DNA of 64,000 nucleotides from IMG/VR virus record IMGVR_UViG_3300045988_168112; one strand, given 5' to 3'. Both the position numbers and the translations under genes were made by a program. Below, piece after piece: positions 9,326 through 20,119 of the stretch; the first letter of the stretch is position 1; each line of letters begins with the position of its first letter. Source of the DNA: a virus. The notes beneath the pieces were generated by a model. It had not been told where the DNA came from. It worked only from the letters and a program-made list of their open reading frames with translations, and did no database searches.

Positions 9326-10228
9326 TTATATTGGAACATTAATTAAAAAATCTTCTTTTGTCACTGTAGTAGCTCTTACTTTCATAAAGATACTATCCTC
9401 AACCTTCTTCAAGTCAATCAATTCAGCACTCGCCCAACGATTATCTCTTTGGAACATATTCATCAATGATTTAAATATAATCGGATATTGAATCGCATTT
9501 GTAGTCTGACCAATAAAATCAGAAGGAAGGCCGTAATCAGTAAATTCAGGAATACAACCTTTAACTGCTTCAAGAATAATCTGAAGAGCTTGTTCCATAG
9601 ATTTTTGGAATTTAATAATCTTCAAATCTTCATTCTCAAATACAAATTCAATCGATAAATCCTTACCAAGAATATTCTCATTCACTAAGGTATCAACCAC
9701 ATTATCAACATAATTAATACCTACATTCTTTAAATTCACAGAAAAAGTATTACTACCATGACCAGTAACATAATCTTCTTCAATTATATATTGAGGTACA
9801 ACTATATCTACCCAATCATCTTCAGGATTTTCCAATTCAAGTTGTTCAGATACAGTTTCAAATGTCTCACCAGTTCTTAATTGTTTTTCTAATTGCAAGG
9901 TATTTGTTCTTCCTACAGAAGCACTTCTTAACCATCTATCAGAATTCTTTATAGTTGTCAACTTTGTAACAATTTCAGAAAAATTTTCAAGAAGTTCCCA
10001 CATAGAAATATCGTCCAACTTATTCTCATGTAATTGAAATAATGGTTCAACAATATTAATCTGTGCAATTAATTTGTCTAACTCATAAAAAGAATCTGCA
10101 TTAATCTCCCCACCCTGATAATAATCCACAATATAAGGATAATATTCAGAGCAAAAATCAACGTAGGATTGAAAGAAATCTTTTATATTGTATCCTGTAA
10201 CTGAAAGAAACTTTTCGTACATATCCAT
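9326..10228 (-). CDS. Baseplate wedge protein with C-terminal gp25/GpW-like region (tentative)
   Basis: ORF track. Sits immediately upstream of the J-like gene. The C-terminal ~100 aa (ILEAVKGCIPEFTDYGLPSDFIG...FQRDNRW) resemble the GPW/gp25 pattern. Confidence 0.45.
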   Translation of the reverse strand: MDMYEKFLSVTGYNIKDFFQSYVDFCSEYYPYIVDYYQGGEINADSFYELDKLIAQINIVEPLFQLHENKLDDISMWELLENFSEIVTKLTTIKNSDRWLRSASVGRTNTLQLEKQLRTGETFETVSEQLELENPEDDWVDIVVPQYIIEEDYVTGHGSNTFSVNLKNVGINYVDNVVDTLVNENILGKDLSIEFVFENEDLKIIKFQKSMEQALQIILEAVKGCIPEFTDYGLPSDFIGQTTNAIQYPIIFKSLMNMFQRDNRWASAELIDLKKVEDSIFMKVRATTVTKEDFLINVPI

Positions 10229-10230
10229 AG

Positions 10231-11007
10231 CTACAAAATATTAGCGATTGTCGCAGCGAGGTCATTAACTCCTTTTTGAATTGCACCTGCTGCACAAATT
10301 TTTGTCAAAGCTGTTTTTGCTTTTTTAGCTCCTGCTACAGATTCTAAAGGGGCAATCGCAGTCATTGATAAATTATAATCCCATATCATATTCCTTTGAA
10401 TATTTTGAGAAAAAGATAGTCCTGCTGGTGGTATTACAACTAAATAACTCTCACCTAAAGCCATATTATAGAAGTATAATCTCAATGGTAAACCCAATTG
10501 GTCTACTCCATTACTTTTTGAAATTATAGCTTGCAATATTTTTATACATCCATATCCAGTTTTAATACCAGCATCAAAAGATGCAGATTTTAAGCTATTA
10601 GTACTTTTTCCAGAAATATCTGTCAACGACCATTTACCTGCCGACATACTATAAGCTGCACCCGTCAAACTACTCGCAGCTCCTCCTAACGATAATAAAA
10701 TTTTAAAAGTCCTACCGAAATCTCCTCTAATGTTTATTTGTTGAGGAGTAAAAGTCGGTGAACTCAATACAGTTATTCCACCTGCAGTATTCCTTATCGT
10801 TTCTCTCTTAGGTTCAGTTTTAGTTATACTATTTGGATTAATAGGAAAAGTGAAAAAGTCAATTGTGTTATTCTGAGAATCAGCTAATTCAAGTGTACAA
10901 AGATATACCTCAAAATCATTTGGAAATTGAGATGCTAACACTGCTCGTCCTGCAGTTTCAATAATCCCTGATGCTTTTTGAATTGCTGATTGTGCTAAAC
11001 TTGCCAT
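10231..11007 (-). CDS. Baseplate / tail-tip structural protein, function unassigned
   Basis: ORF track. Lies between the spike-like and wedge-like genes. The FFTFPINPNS...INIRGDFG pattern is reminiscent of tube-initiator/baseplate proteins. Confidence 0.4.
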   Translation of the reverse strand: MASLAQSAIQKASGIIETAGRAVLASQFPNDFEVYLCTLELADSQNNTIDFFTFPINPNSITKTEPKRETIRNTAGGITVLSSPTFTPQQINIRGDFGRTFKILLSLGGAASSLTGAAYSMSAGKWSLTDISGKSTNSLKSASFDAGIKTGYGCIKILQAIISKSNGVDQLGLPLRLYFYNMALGESYLVVIPPAGLSFSQNIQRNMIWDYNLSMTAIAPLESVAGAKKAKTALTKICAAGAIQKGVNDLAATIANIL

Positions 11008-11026
11008 ATAATACTTTTCTTTATCG

Positions 11027-11058
11027 CCTAAAGATACGAATTATTTCATTAATCTGAA
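11027..11058 (-). promoter_or_regulatory. Candidate promoter (-7 TATCTTTAG; weak -33)
   Basis: Coding strand reads AATTCGTATCTTTAGGCG, 20 nt before ATG 11007. The -33 position reads TTTC rather than TTG. Confidence 0.35.
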
Positions 11059-12095
11059 AAAGTTACCGTGCTTTTTATACCATCAAATTGTAATGGATTT
11101 ACTGCTGCTACTGCACCTACACCTGCACCAAATCCGGCTTTACCTCCATCCATCGCTGCCGAACCTGCAAGTGCTGTTTGCCATGCGTTCTTTAGCGTCA
11201 TTATCTGATTTTCCACATTATTCAACATTTGAATAAGTGTATTTGCTAATGTCAATGGTTCTTTAGCACCATTTATTTCTACTTTTTGTCCGGTTATGAG
11301 TTTAATTAAATTTCGAGTTAACTGAACTTGTTCTTCATCATTGTTGAAACCAATTATCAAATTACCATCATCTATCGTTATATGTTCCTGTTTATCATGT
11401 AAATTGATATCTATTTGATTGTCATCTATCAATAAATGTGTTTCTTTTTGATTTGTTCTTCTATACAAATCAAATTTTTCCATATCAAAAACTATCTTTC
11501 GAACTTCTTCACCTGGACTTTCAACTTCTTTTTTGACATTGACTATCTCAGCTTCTATTGATTTGTATCCTGTGACTTTAACTTTTTCAGATGCTTTAAG
11601 TTCAATTTCTCCTGAAGATTGTAATCGAATTTTATGCTCTACATTTCCACCCATAGTGATATTCAAATTAATCGGTTTAGCTTTACCGACTAAATTCAAA
11701 TTCCACTCTCTATTAATTGGGTCCATACAAAACAACATGTCTGTATCTTCAGATGTCTTTCTAAATCTTTGAATTTCTTCTGACCAAGCAAATATTTCAT
11801 CATTACCTTGTAGAGTTCCAATTATTATTGGTTGGTTTCTGAATGCACCTGATGCTATTACAACTTGAGTTCCTTTTTCACCTGGCTCTTCAGGAAATTG
11901 AATATTTTGTATAGCTTCATTTGTAATATAGACATCAGTCTTAAAAAGACCTCCTTCTACAAGAACACAAACTTTGTTCGTTCTGTAACATGTTTCTATA
12001 TAAGAATCTCTATCTATTTGAGTGGGAATCATTATATAACCAGTTGTCACTGGTCCCAAATCATTATATTGAAATTTAGGTTTATTTCCAGCCAT
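11049..12095 (-). CDS. Central spike / baseplate assembly protein V-like (tentative)
   Basis: ORF track. N-terminal OB-fold-like region (VCVLVEGG...PIIIGTLQGNDE), a repetitive beta-strand middle and a Gly/Ala-rich C-terminus. Lies between the hub-like gene and the baseplate genes. Confidence 0.45.
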   Translation of the reverse strand: MAGNKPKFQYNDLGPVTTGYIMIPTQIDRDSYIETCYRTNKVCVLVEGGLFKTDVYITNEAIQNIQFPEEPGEKGTQVVIASGAFRNQPIIIGTLQGNDEIFAWSEEIQRFRKTSEDTDMLFCMDPINREWNLNLVGKAKPINLNITMGGNVEHKIRLQSSGEIELKASEKVKVTGYKSIEAEIVNVKKEVESPGEEVRKIVFDMEKFDLYRRTNQKETHLLIDDNQIDINLHDKQEHITIDDGNLIIGFNNDEEQVQLTRNLIKLITGQKVEINGAKEPLTLANTLIQMLNNVENQIMTLKNAWQTALAGSAAMDGGKAGFGAGVGAVAAVNPLQFDGIKSTVTFSD

Positions 12096-14293
12096 TATTT
12101 TAATCCTCCATACATTTTTCTATTCAAAAAATATTCAAATTGAGATTTGTTTACAATTGGACTCGTTGCTGTCGTCAGATTCCCTTGTTGAGCACTTTTT
12201 GCAGCTTGTTTAAGTTCTTTCAAATCCACAAGTTTGAAATACGATGGTTTAAAAGAACCTCCAGTAGGTGAAATAGCTTCGTTAATAGATGCATCACTTG
12301 CTCCAACTTGAGAATTATCTTGTCTCTTACTTGTACCTAACGTTGAACTTCCTTTAAGAATTGGAACATACATTCCTCTTTCAACTTGAATCGTTGTCCT
12401 TCTATCTATCCCTCCTTCAGTAAACGATACTTCATTTGAAACACTTAATACATAGAAGAATTCATTTGTACTTTCATTCAATACAAATGAACCAACTTTT
12501 ATTCTTCTATCTCCATTTATCACAATTGTTCCAGTCCTTGTGAACGGAAGATAAGCATTACTTTCAACTACATAAATAAGGTCGTTTAACAACGCTGCTT
12601 GCATTGTAACAAATTGTTCTGGTCCTTCATATCCATTTATCACTCGCATCTGAGCGTACATATCATTTATTTCCAATTTTCGATTGCCCCACAATTCTGC
12701 ATATTCATTCAAATAGACAATAGGTACAAAAGCAAGATTCACTTGTTGTTTATCTCCAAGAATGTTATTATTTTGAACATGAATTTGAAACCATGAATAT
12801 ATTCTCGAATCATAGCTTAAATTGTATGACAAAACATTATCTGGAGTTATCGTAATATAACCACCTTTCTCAAATACATCCATTATAGCATGTTCTGTAA
12901 ATGGTGGTTGTCTAACAATCAAGTCAATTGTATTTATATACGTATCAAAAAAGAATTCTACAAATGGATATTGACAACATCTACTCATATAATCCATCAA
13001 TGTTCCATTAGGATTTCCAATACTTGAATCGACAACAATCCTTTGTTGAACTTCAGGGCTCATATAAGTCTTGACAATCTGCCATATACCATTCACCTTT
13101 GCAGCTTCAAGTCCTTCAACTTGATAACTTTGAATTCTCTTATCTTTCCATGATTTGAACAATTCGTTCTTACAAACACCGATATTAGACATTATATTAA
13201 TTACAAACCAGATTATCTCATTGATTCTCTTGTATTTATAACTCCATATATAATTATAACTACCGGTAAGAACATTTCTTTTATACCAAGAATCTTGTGG
13301 ACGACCTAAATAGACCCAATGCTGTTTTGTATTTTCAACATCTATCAATGGAATGAAATAACTACCATCTTCTTCAAATAACTTAGAGATATCTCTACCG
13401 CTCACAGTTGTTGTTTTTACGTTGTCTTCTGATGAGTATTGAGTACTTGACTCATCAATAAAGCCAATCATATCCCATACGTTATATGAACCATCAGTTT
13501 CTGCAAGTTTGTTAGGTGAAACGAAAATTGTGTTTGCGTCTTCACTATCACTTTCACCTTCTAATTTTAGCCTCTCAAATCTTACAAAAACAATATCGTT
13601 AGCTTGCACAACTTTTTCAAGATAAGACTTAACATCATTTCCTTCCTTTGTCACTACATTAAAGACATCTTGATAACTTGCACCAAAAACATTTTCTTTC
13701 TTAGCATCCCTGAATGGAACTAATGTAAAACTAAAATCACCTGTTTTAAACGATTTATTTACATTACAATTCATAATGAATTGACTTACATCAATTACTG
13801 AATCAATCGATTTACAATAAATCCAAACACGTATATTTACAGGTTGAACTTTCGTATTTACATTGAATTCTTCATCGTAAGCAACTATATTGTCAGGAAC
13901 ATAATCTTCGTCAGCAAGTAACTTAGTCATATTATCACTCCAATAAGAAGGGAAATCTTCTTGAACAAGATATTGTTTGTCTTGGAAAATCTGTTCCAAT
14001 AATACATTGGTACCGTCTGAAGGAAATGATAACGACCAACCTGGTTTTATATATGGGAGATTCTTACTCTCATATTCACTTTTATATGTTTCTTTTTCGA
14101 AATCATCATAACTGGACCAAATTATTTCAAGATTAGTTAATCCATTCACTTCATTAGCGATATCCATGAATTCTTCTATGGTTATCTTCTTCTTGTCACT
14201 CTCATTCAATTTCGGTTGCCAAAAATCAATGAATGATTGAGGAGAGATTTTCTCTTTAGAATAGACTATATAATTTAACTGTTTCTTTGCCAT
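12095..14293 (-). CDS. Baseplate hub / distal tail protein (tentative)
   Basis: 732-aa ORF directly downstream of the tape measure gene, with start/stop overlaps to both neighbours. The call rests on position only. Confidence 0.4.
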   Translation of the reverse strand: MAKKQLNYIVYSKEKISPQSFIDFWQPKLNESDKKKITIEEFMDIANEVNGLTNLEIIWSSYDDFEKETYKSEYESKNLPYIKPGWSLSFPSDGTNVLLEQIFQDKQYLVQEDFPSYWSDNMTKLLADEDYVPDNIVAYDEEFNVNTKVQPVNIRVWIYCKSIDSVIDVSQFIMNCNVNKSFKTGDFSFTLVPFRDAKKENVFGASYQDVFNVVTKEGNDVKSYLEKVVQANDIVFVRFERLKLEGESDSEDANTIFVSPNKLAETDGSYNVWDMIGFIDESSTQYSSEDNVKTTTVSGRDISKLFEEDGSYFIPLIDVENTKQHWVYLGRPQDSWYKRNVLTGSYNYIWSYKYKRINEIIWFVINIMSNIGVCKNELFKSWKDKRIQSYQVEGLEAAKVNGIWQIVKTYMSPEVQQRIVVDSSIGNPNGTLMDYMSRCCQYPFVEFFFDTYINTIDLIVRQPPFTEHAIMDVFEKGGYITITPDNVLSYNLSYDSRIYSWFQIHVQNNNILGDKQQVNLAFVPIVYLNEYAELWGNRKLEINDMYAQMRVINGYEGPEQFVTMQAALLNDLIYVVESNAYLPFTRTGTIVINGDRRIKVGSFVLNESTNEFFYVLSVSNEVSFTEGGIDRRTTIQVERGMYVPILKGSSTLGTSKRQDNSQVGASDASINEAISPTGGSFKPSYFKLVDLKELKQAAKSAQQGNLTTATSPIVNKSQFEYFLNRKMYGGLK

Positions 14294-14295
14294 AA

Positions 14296-17010
14296 TTAAT
14301 CTCTTTCTTTAGGTAAAGTTTTCTTTCCTGCTGTAATAACATTAAGAAAACCTTTAGTAATAGCAAGTTGAAGACTTTTCATAAATGCATCCCAATCAGA
14401 TTCTCCAGCTTGTTTAAACGCTTCATTTAAAGTCTTAGTATCTTGAATCACTTGTCCAGGTGTTGTTAAATAAGTAGTTGCTTTATTGATTAAAGCATTA
14501 TTTATAGAATTAGTATCTTGTTTTATTGAGTCTAAAATTTCACATACATCTCCCAAAGATTTTTCACCTTGAGTAATCTGCTTATTAGCATCTGTAGCAG
14601 TGATTCTCTCTGCACGTCCTACTGTCTGACGAGCTTCTGTAGGTTCATATGCACCTCTTGGAGTTTCTTTTAATGCACCAAAAGATTTTTGAATCTCATT
14701 ATATATTCTATCAATTACTTCAGTCGGTTCTCCAGTAGCAAATTGTTTTCTGATATCTTGCCAACTTAAATTAGGAAATACACCTTTCAGTAAATTAATA
14801 AATTGTTCATTATTCTGTGACAATCCTTGCAACTCACTTAAGAAACTTCTCATAAATTCAGGGTCTGCATTTCCACTCTGAACTTTTTCAAGTTGTTCCA
14901 TTGCTTCAGAGTACGTCCTTATATTAGGATTTGTCCTCGTCAATGTTCTTAATAAAAGAGCTTGAGTCGTCTCATCTTGGGAAATACCACTTCCTGAAAA
15001 TGCAGATTGATATCTTTCAAGTTGTCTTCCTTGTGCACCAGTTGCAGTCCTTATACCTGACATTACAGCAGCAACTTTACCTGCATCAAATTCGCCAGCT
15101 TTAGAAAGAATTTCATCAGACCTCTTTGAGAATGTCTCAAGTGATTCTTCCATAGTAGACGCTATTTCACTGAAAGGTAATTTCAACTCTCGCATTGACC
15201 TTTCAAATGCTCTAATTATAGCAGAACCACCATAACTTGTATTTTCGTCACCGAATCTTAATGCTCCTTGTAGACGATTAACTGCACTTGGTGCGATTCC
15301 ATACAATCTTTCTGCAGCCATCAAAGATTGAGATTCTCTTTCTGCAGTTACATCAAATTCAGTACCACCAGGAGCACGACCACCTGCAGCTCTTGTCAAT
15401 TCAGTCCTTCTCTGAAGATAGGAACCAATATCCATACCAAGAGCATCTGCAGCATATCTTCCTTCTCTTTTCGCAGTGCCAAATGCATCTTTTGTTGAAA
15501 CGCCGAATGTTTGAGCATAAGGGATTGTCTTATTTTCGGCTTCTGCAAATTTAGAAAATGTTTGTAATATTCTATCTGCAGCAATATTAGCAGGCATCTC
15601 GATACTTCGAGCTATAATATTACCAAAGATAGGTATCCAACGATACATATCAGCTTCATTAGCTGCTTGAACTCTTTTATAATTGGCTGCAGTTTCTACA
15701 GAACCCTGATATTCAGACCTTAAACCGAATTCTTCGTTTCTGAAATATCTCTCTGTAGCAATATTCTTTATTTGATTGAGGAAAGCAATAGTTCCAATAC
15801 CACCAAGAAGACCAGATAATCCTTTTCCTAATCCACTAATAATATTTAATCCACCTGCACCACCCTCTGATGATGAAGGTAATATAGGAGGAATATTCGT
15901 ACCAGAACCACCTCCACCTACATTATCATTATTTTGATTATTGCGATTAACAACAGATTCTCTTAATTCATCTACATTATCTTCAATTCGAGACAATGAA
16001 GCTGTTAATGCTTCAAGATAACGATTTGTTCCAGAATTATCTTTCTTCTCTTTATTATCACCTTTTATAAGATTTCTAATAGCATCACCTAATTCTCTCG
16101 AAGTTTGATAAATAACACCAGAAACACCATCTATAGCTTTAATAATATTTTCATCGTCAAAATTGAATTGTTGTTGACCTTCGATAATTCTCGTTTCTCT
16201 TCGTTCAACAACTTCATCATCTCTTTCTCTTAATCGAGGACTTTCTGTAGGAGGTATCTGATATTCAGATTTTGTTTCTACTGGGTCTTTTTCTCTTAAT
16301 ACTGAAGTATTCTCTTGAATAGTTTCTGTATTACGTTCAATGTTTTTGACGTTTTCTGTTACATTTTCACTATTATTTTCAGTTCTTCGAGAATTATCAA
16401 CATTTGTGACAGAATTATCAATATTCTCAACATGACGATTTATCTCAGTTAAAATCTCTTTCTGAGTTTCTTTGATTGTTTCTGTAGGTTTCCTTTCAAT
16501 AGGGAGTTCTCGTGTTGGTTGTCTTAAATTCCAAGAAACGGAACCAGTTTCTTCATCTATAACTGGTTCCACGTCTTCTTGATATTCAACCTTCCTTTTC
16601 GGACGTCTTTTTTTTGGTTTTTCTGAAGGTTTAGTTATTTCTTCATCATCAGGTTGAATTTCTGTTTCTTTATTTACTTCCCATGTAATAGAATTCGCAT
16701 TCTCATCATAAACTGGTTTTAACTCTCTTTGAGTTTGTTGTTGTGGAAGTGGAGTTGAAATAGGCTGTTGCACTTCAGGAGCTTGCATTGAAGCAGATTG
16801 TCTTCTCAAATCAATAAGAAGTTTCTCCAACTGATTCCTATCTTCCATTAGAGATAATTGTTCACGAAGTTGCTGCAGATGTTTCTCAGTATTCTGAGAA
16901 TTCGTTGAAGCAGCTTGGTCAATTTCACGATATAATGAAACTGCTTCTTCTCTCAATTGTCTTAATGGAGTAACATCAGCGGTCACTCGTATTCTTTTAT
17001 CTTCAGCCAT
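14296..17010 (-). CDS. Tail tape measure protein
   Basis: 904 aa. Coiled-coil, charged N-terminal half, a Gly-rich hydrophobic segment (GGGGSGT...GGAGGLNIISGLGKGLSGLLGGIGTIAF) and a helical C-terminal half. Located between the chaperone pair and the baseplate genes. Confidence 0.7.
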   Translation of the reverse strand: MAEDKRIRVTADVTPLRQLREEAVSLYREIDQAASTNSQNTEKHLQQLREQLSLMEDRNQLEKLLIDLRRQSASMQAPEVQQPISTPLPQQQTQRELKPVYDENANSITWEVNKETEIQPDDEEITKPSEKPKKRRPKRKVEYQEDVEPVIDEETGSVSWNLRQPTRELPIERKPTETIKETQKEILTEINRHVENIDNSVTNVDNSRRTENNSENVTENVKNIERNTETIQENTSVLREKDPVETKSEYQIPPTESPRLRERDDEVVERRETRIIEGQQQFNFDDENIIKAIDGVSGVIYQTSRELGDAIRNLIKGDNKEKKDNSGTNRYLEALTASLSRIEDNVDELRESVVNRNNQNNDNVGGGGSGTNIPPILPSSSEGGAGGLNIISGLGKGLSGLLGGIGTIAFLNQIKNIATERYFRNEEFGLRSEYQGSVETAANYKRVQAANEADMYRWIPIFGNIIARSIEMPANIAADRILQTFSKFAEAENKTIPYAQTFGVSTKDAFGTAKREGRYAADALGMDIGSYLQRRTELTRAAGGRAPGGTEFDVTAERESQSLMAAERLYGIAPSAVNRLQGALRFGDENTSYGGSAIIRAFERSMRELKLPFSEIASTMEESLETFSKRSDEILSKAGEFDAGKVAAVMSGIRTATGAQGRQLERYQSAFSGSGISQDETTQALLLRTLTRTNPNIRTYSEAMEQLEKVQSGNADPEFMRSFLSELQGLSQNNEQFINLLKGVFPNLSWQDIRKQFATGEPTEVIDRIYNEIQKSFGALKETPRGAYEPTEARQTVGRAERITATDANKQITQGEKSLGDVCEILDSIKQDTNSINNALINKATTYLTTPGQVIQDTKTLNEAFKQAGESDWDAFMKSLQLAITKGFLNVITAGKKTLPKERD

Positions 17011-17011
17011 A

Positions 17012-17344
17012 TTATTCTTTATCTTCCATTTCTGCCATTAGAGCAGCTTCTCTACGAAATGCTTCAATATCATATTCTTCAATCATTCCAGAATCTTCTC
17101 TCTTCAACCATTCTCCTATATTAGGAGTATAAACGTCGTCGTTTTTATCCAATTCTCTCTTACGTATTTCTGAATATATCGAATCTTCTTCGAATTCCAT
17201 CCTTTGAGCTACAAAGGAACATTTTCTATGTTCTTCAGACATAAAAGCTATTCCATGTTTCTTTCTCCACCATCTATCATAAGGAAATCGATTATTCCAT
17301 TGAATCATGAATGTTTTAAGCTCATCAATGGTCATATCATTCAA
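17012..17344 (-). CDS. Tail assembly chaperone (candidate)
   Basis: 110-aa acidic ORF between the tube and tape measure genes. Position-based call. Confidence 0.4.
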   Translation of the reverse strand: MNDMTIDELKTFMIQWNNRFPYDRWWRKKHGIAFMSEEHRKCSFVAQRMEFEEDSIYSEIRKRELDKNDDVYTPNIGEWLKREDSGMIEEYDIEAFRREAALMAEMEDKE

Positions 17345-17347
17345 CTT

Positions 17348-17686
17348 TTACTGATTCAAAATCTGATAAACTTCCTTCAAGAAAGGATAAACTTCAGTAT
17401 CGTAAAACTTACGAATTTCAGCGAAATCTTTCAAACCCAATTGATTAAAAGAATCAACTTTCAAATCTTTAACAAGCTCAGGCATCAATACCGTCAGTGT
17501 TGCTTCGATATCGATAATATCTAAAGCATTCTGAGCTGCCTTAGTAGAGTTGCCAAGTAATGTATTATAAAATCCTCTACCAAGACTTTGTTTCATGGTT
17601 TCAATACGATAGTATTCACCTACATTAGGGAATTTGATTGTATATTCCTTCCCTCTTAAATTAACTGTTTTATCTTCCATAATCAA
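17348..17686 (-). CDS. Tail assembly chaperone (candidate)
   Basis: 112-aa ORF between the tube and tape measure genes. Position-based call. Confidence 0.4.
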   Translation of the reverse strand: MIMEDKTVNLRGKEYTIKFPNVGEYYRIETMKQSLGRGFYNTLLGNSTKAAQNALDIIDIEATLTVLMPELVKDLKVDSFNQLGLKDFAEIRKFYDTEVYPFLKEVYQILNQ

Positions 17687-17761
17687 TTGTTTTAATTCGT
17701 TATAAAGTTCTGACTTTATTTCAAAGAATCAATCAAATCATTGCTCAAAATACCTATTAAT

Positions 17762-17799
17762 AAAAAGAAGAGAGAATAGTTTTTAATTATCCTCTCTTC
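17762..17799 (-). terminator. Intrinsic terminator after the tube gene
   Basis: Minus strand reads GAAGAGAG-17 nt-CTCTCTTC followed by TTTTTATT, 47 nt downstream of the tube stop codon. Confidence 0.5.
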
Positions 17800-17845
17800 A
17801 ATATAAAGATTTATGTCAATTCAAATCATTATAACTAACTGATTA

Positions 17846-18328
17846 TCAGAGTTCCAATGTTGATATCGGGTTGATATAAACTCCTGAAATATTGTATCCG
17901 GACACGCCTCCTTCGGCCAAACTGAACGCTTGATTATTGACAAAACAAGGATTCAACAAGCAAATTGTCTGACCAGTAGGGTCAACTTGTGTTACCATTT
18001 TCGTATTAGAATCCTGAGTTTGAATTGTCTTGCTGTAAATAGCAATAGCAAATCCAAGTTCACCTAATACCAATGTATCTACAATAGCCTTTACTGAACC
18101 AAGACGGTGCATCATACCTTCCATTACCGGTTGCTTGAAATCAATAAAGAACTGGTCTACTGTCCATGTACAATCATAACCTACTGGAGGTATCTCTTGT
18201 TTCAAAAGATTACCAAGACCTTGAACATTCGCACGACTGATATTCTCAGCGAATTGCAGGTTTCTTACAAAACCTGCAACCTTATTATCTATCTTTATAT
18301 ACGCTTTAGGCGCTGTAAAAACTGCCAT
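17846..18328 (-). CDS. Tail tube protein
   Basis: 160-aa ORF immediately downstream of the sheath gene and followed by a terminator. Canonical sheath-tube order. Confidence 0.6.
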   Translation of the reverse strand: MAVFTAPKAYIKIDNKVAGFVRNLQFAENISRANVQGLGNLLKQEIPPVGYDCTWTVDQFFIDFKQPVMEGMMHRLGSVKAIVDTLVLGELGFAIAIYSKTIQTQDSNTKMVTQVDPTGQTICLLNPCFVNNQAFSLAEGGVSGYNISGVYINPISTLEL

Positions 18329-18344
18329 ATTCTTTCGTTTTTAA

Positions 18345-19988
18345 TTATCCACGAATTAGATATCCAGTAAAGAACAACTTCGTGATTTCGTTATTTACCA
18401 CAATCTTATAAGTAGTGAAATAAGCATCATCTTTACGAGTTGTTACTACATCCTGGAATGACAACAATAAATTGTCTTGCTCACTTGTAGCTGTTCTCGA
18501 TTGTAAATAAGCTACTGTCCAATCTTTAACAGCACCTGCTGACAGAGTATTGGCATTCACACCGTTTTCTTGACCAAGAAGGTCGAGTGTTGCATTTACA
18601 ATCAATTCTTTATTAATCTGCGCTACAACACGCATGAACTGAATAGAGTAAGATTGACCTTTTGCATTGAACAGATTGGCGTTATCTTGCAATGTATTTA
18701 CACCCTGCAAAATATTGAACTTTCCAGTATAGTCGTTCAATACAACACAAAGAATACCATACTTCAAAGCTTTTTTCTTTTCAGTCTCAGTCAATATATG
18801 TTTTACTCTATCAACACCAATTGTCTTGAATGTAGGAGGTACATAAGGCGGTTTTCCGCTTACACGGCCCACTACTGCACAAGTCATGTAAATAGCCGGC
18901 CACCAACGAATCTTCTGTGCATCAAATGCAGATACCATACCTACACCACCATGTACCAATTGAATATAACAACTATCGAAAGCTTGAGCTAATGTGATTT
19001 CTTGTGCAAAATTAGCTGAATCATCATAACCTGCTACATACAAGAAGTGTTGGAATTTAGCATCTTGTGTCATATGAGTGATATATGCTTTTGTAGTTGC
19101 TGAATTTGCATTCGCTCCTACTTGGTCAAGTATCACTGCACTATAATCCAAACCTACAATCTGGTCAAGAACAGCATTTAAATCGTTCATATCAAACGAT
19201 TCAGTACCACCAGTAGCAAGGATATAAGGTTTACCGTTCAATGCAGTAGTAATATCATTCTGCTCAATCTTACCAGTACCTTCAACCTGAGAAGTGGAAT
19301 CAAGAACAAATACCAAACCAAAATTAGAATCATTATTGGCCCAATCAATCAATTCTTGAATGTTATCAATTTCAGGAGATTCGAGTACTAATTCAGGGTC
19401 ACAATTTTCTTGCGTAATGTCACCATAAGGCAAACCATCTGTATAAGTACCAGTATAAGTACCTCTCCAGAATTGCAGAATCCATTTAGTAGCATCTTCA
19501 CGTCCTGCGATAAAACTCAGACCGTAGCCTTTTGTCAATAATTCATCGTTCAACAACGAACCATTGGCTACTAAACCTTCATCTAATGTTTTAACTGCGA
19601 ATGTACCTCCTGCTGCTGTTGCAAATGTAATTTTTGCTCCTGTAGTTGTTGCTGCACGAACAAATTCAAGTTCAGAAATACCTACTGCGTCAGGATTCGA
19701 AGAGTCTGGTGCGAATAACGCTTCTGCAGCTCTCCACCACATTCCACCTTTCATAAATCCACGAAAATCTGAAAGATTGTCAAATGTATAAATAGCATTC
19801 TGACCTTGTGTATTTTCACCATTAATACCAGCACCACCACCAAATCCAGCAGAATATGTACCAGTATCAATAACAAGAACCTTACCGTAATCTAAATTAC
19901 GAGCAGGTCCAGTTTCTCCACTTATAATGGTGCTGTAAACACCAGGAAGAGATATTTGACGATTGTTAAAATAAAATGTGCTTGACAT
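18345..19988 (-). CDS. Contractile tail sheath protein
   Basis: 547 aa. The N-terminal ISLPGVYSTIISG string matches the sheath PGVY motif. Size and position upstream of the tube gene fit. Confidence 0.75.
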   Translation of the reverse strand: MSSTFYFNNRQISLPGVYSTIISGETGPARNLDYGKVLVIDTGTYSAGFGGGAGINGENTQGQNAIYTFDNLSDFRGFMKGGMWWRAAEALFAPDSSNPDAVGISELEFVRAATTTGAKITFATAAGGTFAVKTLDEGLVANGSLLNDELLTKGYGLSFIAGREDATKWILQFWRGTYTGTYTDGLPYGDITQENCDPELVLESPEIDNIQELIDWANNDSNFGLVFVLDSTSQVEGTGKIEQNDITTALNGKPYILATGGTESFDMNDLNAVLDQIVGLDYSAVILDQVGANANSATTKAYITHMTQDAKFQHFLYVAGYDDSANFAQEITLAQAFDSCYIQLVHGGVGMVSAFDAQKIRWWPAIYMTCAVVGRVSGKPPYVPPTFKTIGVDRVKHILTETEKKKALKYGILCVVLNDYTGKFNILQGVNTLQDNANLFNAKGQSYSIQFMRVVAQINKELIVNATLDLLGQENGVNANTLSAGAVKDWTVAYLQSRTATSEQDNLLLSFQDVVTTRKDDAYFTTYKIVVNNEITKLFFTGYLIRG

Positions 19989-20080
19989 AAAATTTATTAA
20001 TTTTCATTAATTTTACGAACTGATATATGATTTAATTCCTTCGATTCTTTCTAAATAATTCTCAGGAATATAATTAACAC

Positions 20081-20112
20081 CTAAATATAGATATTCTTTT
20101 TCTTTCTACAAA
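20081..20112 (-). promoter_or_regulatory. Bacteroidota-type promoter upstream of the sheath gene
   Basis: Coding strand reads TTTG-N19(TAGAAAGAAAAAGAATATC)-TATATTTAG. It fits exactly in the gap between the stop at 20120 and the sheath ATG at 19988. Confidence 0.55.
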
Positions 20113-20119
20113 CCAAATA

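Noticed and set aside
672-9491. Plus-strand ORFs of 60-131 aa listed by the track across the first 9.5 kb (for example 672..983, 6764..7159, 9231..9491)
   Set aside because: They are shadow ORFs antisense to one continuous minus-strand frame (1..9319). They have biased, low-complexity, Cys/Ile/Val-rich translations and no packing logic.
17012-17686. Programmed -1 frameshift joining the two chaperone ORFs upstream of the tape measure gene
   Set aside because: The two ORFs are separated by a stop and a 3-nt gap with no overlap, and I saw no slippery heptamer at the junction. This cannot be excluded without a systematic scan.
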